This document shows, piece by piece, positions 52,561 through 59,001 of a stretch of DNA of 64,000 bases. The translations under genes and the position numbers were made by a program. The stretch lies in the NCBI GenBank assembly GCA_963804375.1, contig CAWDQE010000019.1, positions 481,712 to 545,711 of the forward strand, read 5' to 3'. The notes below the pieces were generated by a model that was not told the origin of the DNA, made no database searches, and worked only from the letters and a program-made list of their open reading frames with translations. Origin of the DNA: an uncultured Planctomycetia bacterium. Its GTDB lineage: Bacteria > Planctomycetota > Planctomycetia > Pirellulales > Thermoguttaceae. Position 1 is the stretch's first letter. Every line of letters starts with the position of its first letter.

Positions 52561-52842
52561 GTGGAAGGCGGCGTCTCCTGATTTCTCCTCTGGCGAACAG
52601 GGGAGTGAGGCCGAGCGTGAGGGCGTGGACAACGATTCCCCGGTACGGCCACCCAACCGGACTTGGGCCATGCTCATCAAGCGGGTCTACGAGGTCGATC
52701 CGCTTGCGTGCCCGAAGTGCGACGGGCAGATGAAGGTGATCGCCTTCATCGAACCGCCGCAAGGCGCGGTGATCGAGAAGATTCTGCGGCACTGTGCGCT
52801 GTGGCGGGATTCCTCGCCGCGCCCGCCGCCTGGGGAAGCGGG

Positions 52843-53355
52843 CCTGGTTGTTACACACAAGTCCGGCAACGACCCCATCCAGCTCGCCTGGATGGTGAAG
52901 GAGGCTGGACAGCTAGCGCCGACAGCATTGAGAATCAGACCCCATCCAGCTCGCCTGGATGGTGAATCAGGTTGCCCGGCTAGTCCATTCTCGCGCCGTA
53001 GCCGTACAACCTCCTTCACCCACGGGACGAACCCGTGGGGGTCGTTTGTCTTCTTCTTATCCGTTCTAAATGACCTTTCGCAATCCTGGGACGCAGATGC
53101 GCTGTAGGGTGGGACAAGCAAACCGACGCGCTGGTGGGCCGGCGGTCGCGGTCTACCGTTATTTCTGCGTTGGTCCAGAATTGAAGGTTGACCGGTTTGC
53201 GACGGCCCACCATGATCGGCGCGACCTTGTCCCACCTTACGGACACCGTCCAGCGTCCCAGAATCGCGAAAGGTCATTTAGCCATTCAGCCTTGTTCACC
53301 GTCGGCACCCAGAGGGTACCCGGCCGGATGGGGTCCGAGACGTGTGTAACAACGA
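52843..53355. mobile_element. 301-bp TIR-bounded MITE, copy B (inverted relative to copy A), carrying a nested 210-bp MITE
   Basis: The reverse complement aligns end-to-end with 24755-25055 (GTTGTTACACACGTCTCGGACCCCATCCGG...CCGGACTTGTGTGTAACAAC), apart from the nested element. Direct repeats GGGAAGCGGG (extendable to 17 nt, GGGAAGCGGGCCTGGTT) flank it at 52833 and 53356. Confidence 0.6.
53069..53278. mobile_element. 210-bp MITE with 26-bp TIRs and TA target-site duplication (Tc1/mariner-IS630-like behaviour), nested in MITE copy B
   Basis: TIRs AATGACCTTTCGCAATCCTGGGACGC (53069-53094) and GCGTCCCAGAATCGCGAAAGGTCATT (53253-53278) match 24/26. TA lies at 53067-68 and 53279-80. Copy A has the uninterrupted site ..GGC-TA-GAACG.. 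with a single TA at 24830-24831. Confidence 0.65.
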
Positions 53356-53656
53356 GGGAAGCGGGCCTGGTTTACGTCGCAGATAACGACGGGGGCGCCG
53401 AGGCGGCGTGTTGCGACGCGCCGGAAGAGTTGGCTTTGGTTGCCGATCCCGACTGGGACGGTCAGCCGTCCTCGGACGACGTGCCCTGGGAAGTGACCTG
53501 CGACGCCTCCGGCGACTCCTTCGACGCCAGCTTCTGATCGACGCGGGGGGACTGGTCCCCGAGCCGCCCAACCCCCCAAGCCTTAGTTGTTTCACACCTT
53601 TCCCCGGGTTATACTCAACGCTGAAGGAAATCAAATCTCCTATCAATTCAATTGCG

Positions 53657-54745
53657 TCATCTCACGTCCAGCAACGCCCTTGCCTTGGCATACAGCCGCT
53701 TTTGCTCCTCAGTCGCGTATTTGCTCTCCCTTTGCAGCGCAAAATCGGCAACGTCGTCTCCGAGGACGTCGCGCAGCACCCGGACCATCAGCTTCCGCCG
53801 AGTGTCGCTCGTCTCGACCCCAAGCTCCTTGATGATGGGCTTGACCGCCGGGTTACCGATGCTCACCAAGTGGGAGCTCGCGGGAGAAACAAGATCGAGC
53901 TTCACGCCCGTCATGCTGACCCCCGGTTCGTCGTCAATTTCGGAAAGGAGCATGGGAACGGCCGCCTCCGCGCGGAACCATCCGAGCATGTTCTGAATAT
54001 CTTGGTCTCCGGGCCTATGCCGCATTTCGCGCGCTTGTCCGATCAAATCGGCGACGATCGCTCTATACGTCCTTATCGAGTCGAGCGCGACCTCACCCGT
54101 ATTGCCGTCGTAGTGCTCGGCGAATCGCGGTACGCGGATGGTGTAGGCGCGCGCCGCGAACTCGCCCGTCGTCTGGCTCAGGAGGGAATCGTCGACGGTA
54201 ATTTCCAAATCGTTGGAAACGCACTCCGTCGGCGACCAGTCGCCGGCTGCGGTCTGCACCTTCCTTTTCGCGCGGACGCGATACTTTCCCGCCACGGTCA
54301 TGTCGTAGACGAGGTTCAGGTCGACCTGCTCGTCGCGGCTTTCACCCGGCTTCAGCGTGAACGTAATGCCGCTGCCGTCGACATGCGCCGCGTCCGAATG
54401 GACTGCAAGTGCCCGGCGCGTCTTGGGCACCGGCCCGCCGGACGAAGATACGGTCAACGTGGGACGCGAGATTGGGCACACGGAGCCAAAGGCGTCAGCG
54501 GCACCTACGTCGATCAAACGAATCCCGATGACGACCCGCTCGCCGGGCGCATAGACCCGCTTATCCGAAACCAGGGAAAGGGCCTGCCCTTCGACTGCTT
54601 CGCCGTGCGGCGATTTCTTCGCCGCAGCGCCAACCTGCTCGTCGCGGCCTTCCTGCGCCTGCGCTGGCATCGGAAATGCGGCTATTACAGCGAGCGCGGC
54701 GGAGAGCGTCGCGACCCGCACCTTGACACTTGATTTGATGTTCAT
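53657..54745 (-). CDS. Secreted protein of unknown function (Ig-like beta-sandwich N-half, HEAT-like helical C-half)
   Basis: Signal MNIKSSVKVRVATLSAALAVIAAFPMPAQA. SLVSDKRVYAPGERVVIGIRLIDVG...FTLKPGESRDEQVDLNLVYDMTVAGKYRVRAK looks like an Ig/MG-type sandwich. The C-terminal helical repeats read AVPMLLSEIDDEP...GNPAVKPIIKELG.. I recognise no family. Confidence 0.6.
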   Translation of the reverse strand: MNIKSSVKVRVATLSAALAVIAAFPMPAQAQEGRDEQVGAAAKKSPHGEAVEGQALSLVSDKRVYAPGERVVIGIRLIDVGAADAFGSVCPISRPTLTVSSSGGPVPKTRRALAVHSDAAHVDGSGITFTLKPGESRDEQVDLNLVYDMTVAGKYRVRAKRKVQTAAGDWSPTECVSNDLEITVDDSLLSQTTGEFAARAYTIRVPRFAEHYDGNTGEVALDSIRTYRAIVADLIGQAREMRHRPGDQDIQNMLGWFRAEAAVPMLLSEIDDEPGVSMTGVKLDLVSPASSHLVSIGNPAVKPIIKELGVETSDTRRKLMVRVLRDVLGDDVADFALQRESKYATEEQKRLYAKARALLDVR

Positions 54746-54786
54746 ATTAAGTCTCCGATTCTGTTCATTTCTGTTTTTTAGTGTGT

Positions 54787-56076
54787 TCAATTAGAATCCG
54801 CCATGGCCGCTGCTGGTTCCGGCTCAGTTGCTTTGCGGAGCGACTTTCGCTCAGCGGCGCGCCGCAGCAACCAGATTCCGGCGGCCAGCACGACAAACAA
54901 GTACGCGAGAACCACGGCAACGCGTACCCGCACATCGCGGTGCGGCCAGAGCTTGCGCACCGCGCCACTGGGCATGTCGAGGACGCAAAGCCCAATTTGA
55001 GGTTCATGCAGCCCTTTGAAACGGCCAGATTCGCTAAGGCCAACGGCGACTTTCTTTCCCTCGTCGGAAATCGCAAGCGATTTCCCCGCCAACAACGGAA
55101 ACTCCAGCACCGGGTACCGCATTTCCAGGGTAGCCGCGTCAAGCACGATAACCCCATCGAAATTGAGTGTCACGGCTAACACTTTCCCGTCCGAACTTGT
55201 CGCCAGGGTGGGCCAGAAGCGACATCGCCAGCTTCTAGCTCGCGCGGTTTCGTCGTTGAGTTCCACGAATTGGTACGGCTCCGAATCGTTCGCTTGGCTT
55301 TCATGCTTCTGCATCGAGCGAACCGACGCCGATGCGGCACAAGCGTTAATAAAGAAGACGGAGGCCAGGGCCCCGTTCCCCACCCACGCCACATCGTCAG
55401 GGCCTGAACTGTCAGCCGCTAACCGTCGTGCCTCAAGCGTATCCCAGATTTCCAGCGTGCAGTACCCGGGATTGATGACCACGAGCCGTCGGCCGTCGTT
55501 TGAAAGCCTGATCGGGCAGAACGGAAACCGCGCATTTTTGGACGTTGCAAATGAACTGACCCGGCGAGCGGTCGCGGTGTCGAAGACCTCGACATGCTTG
55601 TCATAGCCCACCGCGCAAATCGTCCCGTCCCCGCTTATGACCACGCTGATCGGGTGCGAATTGGTTGTTCGCTCTTTGTCGAACCAGTGTTTCAACTCGG
55701 CCGATGCAGGCACGCTCGCCGTCGCGCCGGACGTTATCCGCCCAATCCGCAACCGGCCGTCGTCGAAAATCGCGGCAAAGGCATCCAGATCTCGCGCCAT
55801 TGCAACGGAGACAGGCGAGCCTTCATCGGACTCGAACGACCGTAAACACCTCCCGTCTGTGGAATCGCAGACGAGGCAGCAGAACTTTCCTGCCCCGCTT
55901 AAGGCGACTCCTAACCGGGATCCGTCAGCAGAGATTTGGATGTCCTGAACCTCCGGCGGGAATCGGTCTGCCAGTAACTGCTGCAGGGTCACCGCGCCCG
56001 AACAGATCACGGCGACGATGAGCGTCACGATCAGCGATTGCGCTATCGAAAACCGAACTCTTGCAAACCGTCGCAT
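54787..56076 (-). CDS. Membrane-anchored WD40-like beta-propeller protein of unknown function (N- and C-terminal TM helices)
   Basis: N-terminal TM helix IAQSLIVTLIVAVICSGAV. Repeats ISADGSRLGVA, ISGDGTICAVGYDKHVEVFD, LSNDGRRLVVINPGYCTLEIWD, TSSDGKVLAVTLNFDGVIVLD and ISDEGKKVAVG. C-terminal TM helix VAVVLAYLFVVLAAGIWLL. Confidence 0.6.
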   Translation of the reverse strand: MRRFARVRFSIAQSLIVTLIVAVICSGAVTLQQLLADRFPPEVQDIQISADGSRLGVALSGAGKFCCLVCDSTDGRCLRSFESDEGSPVSVAMARDLDAFAAIFDDGRLRIGRITSGATASVPASAELKHWFDKERTTNSHPISVVISGDGTICAVGYDKHVEVFDTATARRVSSFATSKNARFPFCPIRLSNDGRRLVVINPGYCTLEIWDTLEARRLAADSSGPDDVAWVGNGALASVFFINACAASASVRSMQKHESQANDSEPYQFVELNDETARARSWRCRFWPTLATSSDGKVLAVTLNFDGVIVLDAATLEMRYPVLEFPLLAGKSLAISDEGKKVAVGLSESGRFKGLHEPQIGLCVLDMPSGAVRKLWPHRDVRVRVAVVLAYLFVVLAAGIWLLRRAAERKSLRKATEPEPAAAMADSN

Positions 56077-56095
56077 GGTGCAACTCCAACGCCGG

Positions 56096-56870
56096 CTACT
56101 TGAGCGTTTTGCCCTTTTGGAGGATTGCGAGTTGCTCGGGATTCATGCCTTGCCCGAACACGATAGGCGACTGTCCGTTCTTTGGCGTAACAAAATGATA
56201 AACCGGCACTTGAATCAATGCCTGCTTATAGAGGTCCGTCTGTTCCGCGGCGCTCGGGACTTGTCCATTCTTTGTTGCGGCCAGATCGAAAACCGTTTTT
56301 TTCCGCCCGTGGAGCAACTTCAGCCCCAAGCGTCGTTTCCACATTAAACCTGGCCGGGACCCTTTCACCATCCTTGGTGATCTGGATGCGATAAAAGCCC
56401 GGGGAAAGCCCCTTGACCGAGGGGTCGGCCGCGTAGGGGCTGGAAATCCATGCGATACCCTGCCGGTCCGTGGTGCCGCTGCCGGACTGGAGTCCGTCGC
56501 CAAGGAACTTCTCCGGGGCGAAAACGACTTTCGCACCGGCCAGCGGTTCGCCGTTGTGCAGTACCCGGCAGGATACCGGCATCCGTCCCACCTTGGAATC
56601 GGCCCAGAACTTGATCCGCGCCGCGATCTCGTCGGACGAGATCTTGCCTCGGTGGCTGGTGTCCAGCCGATCCAGGGCGGCCTTCAGCCCGGGTGCCTTT
56701 TCCAGTTCCTTGGCATCCAAAAAACCGTCCTTGTTCGTGTCGTACATGTCCATGGCCCGATTCGGCGCGGAGGGGTCGGGGGTGTCGGGCAGGACCGGCG
56801 GCAGAACGGCGCTTCCGCAGCCCCCTAGACCCAAGAGCATCGCGGAGAGATACAGCCGCACGATTTTCAT
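56096..56870 (-). pseudogene. EF-hand/CarboxypepD_reg-like lipoprotein, copy 2, frameshifted in an A7 run (possible assembly indel), with a ~60-aa C-terminal extension absent from copy 1
   Basis: ORF 56226-56870 is near-identical to 51473-52069 up to ..EVAPRAEK. At GGAAAAAAACGG (reverse strand, ~56287-56293) one A fewer would read ..AEKTVFDLAATKNGQVPSAAEQTDLYKQALIQVPVYHFVTPKNGQSPIVFGQGMNPEQLAILQKGKTLK, which is the tail of ORF 56096-56536. Confidence 0.7.
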
Positions 56871-57730
56871 TGTCCGCTTCCTCCTCGCGCTGCATTCTAA
56901 CTCGTCAACTTGACATTGGCAATCTATTCTGCGTTTGCTTCAGGAGGATGGCAAAATCATCGACCGAGCGCTCGTAGTCCCGCCCGGGCACCATGTGCTC
57001 GTGGTCGGCGGAATTCGCGGCGCCGGGACCGGCTAAAGCCGGGACTACGAACGACTTTGCAATTCTCCTGGCGCTCACTTGCCGGCACGGGCTGGCGGCA
57101 TGCCGCCGCGCGAGACGTTGAAGACCTCGCCGGACGTGTCGTTGTAGGCGGCGAATTCGGCAATGCCCGGATTGCCGCTCCGGGTGGCAAGGACCAAGAG
57201 TCGCACCTTCGGCGTGGTCCGGCCGACGATCGGCGCCACGAGGTCGGCACCAAGGGTGCGGCCGTTGAAGCAGCCGATCCACTTCGACTGTTTATCGTCC
57301 CAGCACTGGATGACATAGCGATTGATCGAAGACGACGCCGCTTCCTTGATCTTGAATTCGTTGACGGCGGCCGGCTTGCCAAAATCGAGTTCGATCCACT
57401 GATTTTCGGATGCCGCGGCCCTCCAGGCCGTGGAATCATCGCCGTCGGCGGCCTTGCCGGCCTCGCCGCCGGGCGCCTCCGACGAGGCGCTTGCCGTGGC
57501 GGCCAGCCTGGGCGTGCTGCAGGCCTCGCTGAGGTTCTTGAGCAAGCAATTGACGAAGCACGCTTTCTTGTCCTTTTCCGGGTCCATCGTCCGCATGAGG
57601 ACCTCGCCGGGGGAGAGATAGAATCGGCAATCCTTCCAGATGACTTCATTCCAATCGGTCGTATTGACGATTTCGCAGCGTGGCAGACGGATGGAACGCC
57701 TGGCCTTCCCGTTGAGGACGCAATTCTCCA
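56282..57730. repeat. Segmental duplication, copy 2 (direct repeat of 51482-52560)
   Basis: See copy 1. It covers the lipoprotein gene, the intergenic region and the last ~220 codons of the beta-helix/discoidin gene. Confidence 0.8.
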
Positions 57731-58778
57731 TGCGAACGTCCCTGTTCGGGTTCCCGTCGGACGCATAACAGCAAAGCAGGAAACCGGGGCCGTCGGTATC
57801 GTGGAACAGGCAGTTCCGCATGGTCATGTGGTCGCAGTTGCCCTCGAAATCGAACGCCTCGCCGTCGCCGCTGCCCAGCCCGATGTCGATAAACCCCCAT
57901 TCGCTGTCTTCGAAGACCCAATTCTTGCAGCGGAAGAACATGGCCCCGGCCACGCCGTTGAAGGCACGGAACCCGCGGCCAATATCGTGAGTCACGCAGT
58001 TTCGCACGGCGCCGCCGTCCACGCCGCGCAAGCCCAAGGGCCACTGGCAGCCCTCTTCGAACAGGCAGCCATCGATCGTCATGTCCGCGAAATTATAGAC
58101 AAACGACGCGTTCTTGTTGAAATTGTCCGGATTGTTGGTCCAAACGCCGGACGCCAGCCGGCGAAACACGCAATTCCTGATCGTGATGCCGCTCAGCGCA
58201 GTCCGCTTCTCGCGCTCGCGGGTGTAGAAACAGACGCCCAGGCCGATCTTGTGCTTCGGGTAGTCCTCGTAGTGCCCGTAGTGCAGGGAATCGTGAAAAT
58301 AGCAGTCCTCGATCCAAATGAACTTCCGCGCGGGCGAAGCGGCGGCATATTCGCCGTAGATGCCGGTCATGCAGCGGGCGAATTCGATGCCGACGATCTT
58401 GAAGCCTTCCTGATCGGCCAGGCGGATCCCAGCAAGGTCTTTCTTGTCGTCCTGCCGGTCGATCAAGGGTTTCCTGCCCTCGCCATACGCGCCGATGACG
58501 ATAGGATGCTGCGGGGTTCCATTTCCCGTGGGATGCAGTTCCTCGTTCCAGGTGTCGCCGCACTTCAGCAGCATGCGGTCGCCGGGGGCAAGGTCGACCT
58601 TGGACGCTCTCGCCAGCGTCTTCCACGGGCCGTTGTTTCCCTGCGGAGTTTCTGCTTGTCCGCTCCAATCGTCGTTTCCCGCCGACTGGCTGACGTAGTA
58701 GGTGGCCGCGCTTGCCGGCGCGGCGACGGCCAGTATACAGACGACGAGCAATTGCTTGACGTGTTCTGCAGGTTTCAT
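57075..58778 (-). CDS. Secreted right-handed parallel beta-helix protein with C-terminal F5/8 type C (discoidin) domain
   Basis: Start MKPAEHVKQLLVVCILAVAAPASA at 58778, then TYYVSQSAGNDDWSG. Beta-helix turns IRNCVFRRL, VRNCVTHDIG, MRNCLFHDTDGPGF and MENCVLNG. The C-terminus ADGDDSTAWRAAASENQWIELDFGKPAAVNEFKIKE...VRLLVLATRSGNPGIAEFAAYN is a discoidin-type carbohydrate-binding domain. Confidence 0.85.
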   Translation of the reverse strand: MKPAEHVKQLLVVCILAVAAPASAATYYVSQSAGNDDWSGQAETPQGNNGPWKTLARASKVDLAPGDRMLLKCGDTWNEELHPTGNGTPQHPIVIGAYGEGRKPLIDRQDDKKDLAGIRLADQEGFKIVGIEFARCMTGIYGEYAAASPARKFIWIEDCYFHDSLHYGHYEDYPKHKIGLGVCFYTREREKRTALSGITIRNCVFRRLASGVWTNNPDNFNKNASFVYNFADMTIDGCLFEEGCQWPLGLRGVDGGAVRNCVTHDIGRGFRAFNGVAGAMFFRCKNWVFEDSEWGFIDIGLGSGDGEAFDFEGNCDHMTMRNCLFHDTDGPGFLLCCYASDGNPNRDVRMENCVLNGKARRSIRLPRCEIVNTTDWNEVIWKDCRFYLSPGEVLMRTMDPEKDKKACFVNCLLKNLSEACSTPRLAATASASSEAPGGEAGKAADGDDSTAWRAAASENQWIELDFGKPAAVNEFKIKEAASSSINRYVIQCWDDKQSKWIGCFNGRTLGADLVAPIVGRTTPKVRLLVLATRSGNPGIAEFAAYNDTSGEVFNVSRGGMPPARAGK

Positions 58779-59001
58779 GGTTCTCTCTTGGCCTTGCCCA
58801 GCGCTACGACGCGGAAACCGTAATTGGGCCATTTGGCGCTGAGGACGTCGTAACGCGTGGTCGAGCGCATGTAGTTCTGGTTGTCGTTGATGTACCACGA
58901 ACCCCCGCGCAAACCCCATTTGCTTCCAGCCTGGTGATCGTTGTATTCCCACATGAGAACAGGTATCTTTGTGTCAGTGTGGAATCGCGGCTCAACGGCG
59001 A

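Larger units (their letters stand above)
52600..53537 (+). pseudogene. IS91/ISCR-type (Y2 HUH) transposase C-terminal remnant, interrupted by the 0.5-kb composite MITE
   Basis: RTWAMLIKRVYEVDPLACPKCDGQMKVIAFIEPPQGAVIEKILRHCALWRDSSPRPPPGEAGLV (to 52849) resembles the zinc-ribbon tail of IS91-family transposases. The reading resumes after the insertion (53356 onward) as EAGLVYVADNDGG...DPDWDGQPSSDDVPWEVTCDASGDSFDASF, then stops. No catalytic part is present. Family assignment is from memory of the motif only. Confidence 0.45.

Noticed and set aside
8600-56300. Programmed ribosomal frameshifting as an explanation for the split ORF pairs
   Set aside because: The breakpoints sit in unrelated enzyme, kinase and TPR genes with no shared slippery heptamer or downstream structure. 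Programmed frameshifts are not expected in these families, and the only IS transposase here is a single unbroken ORF.
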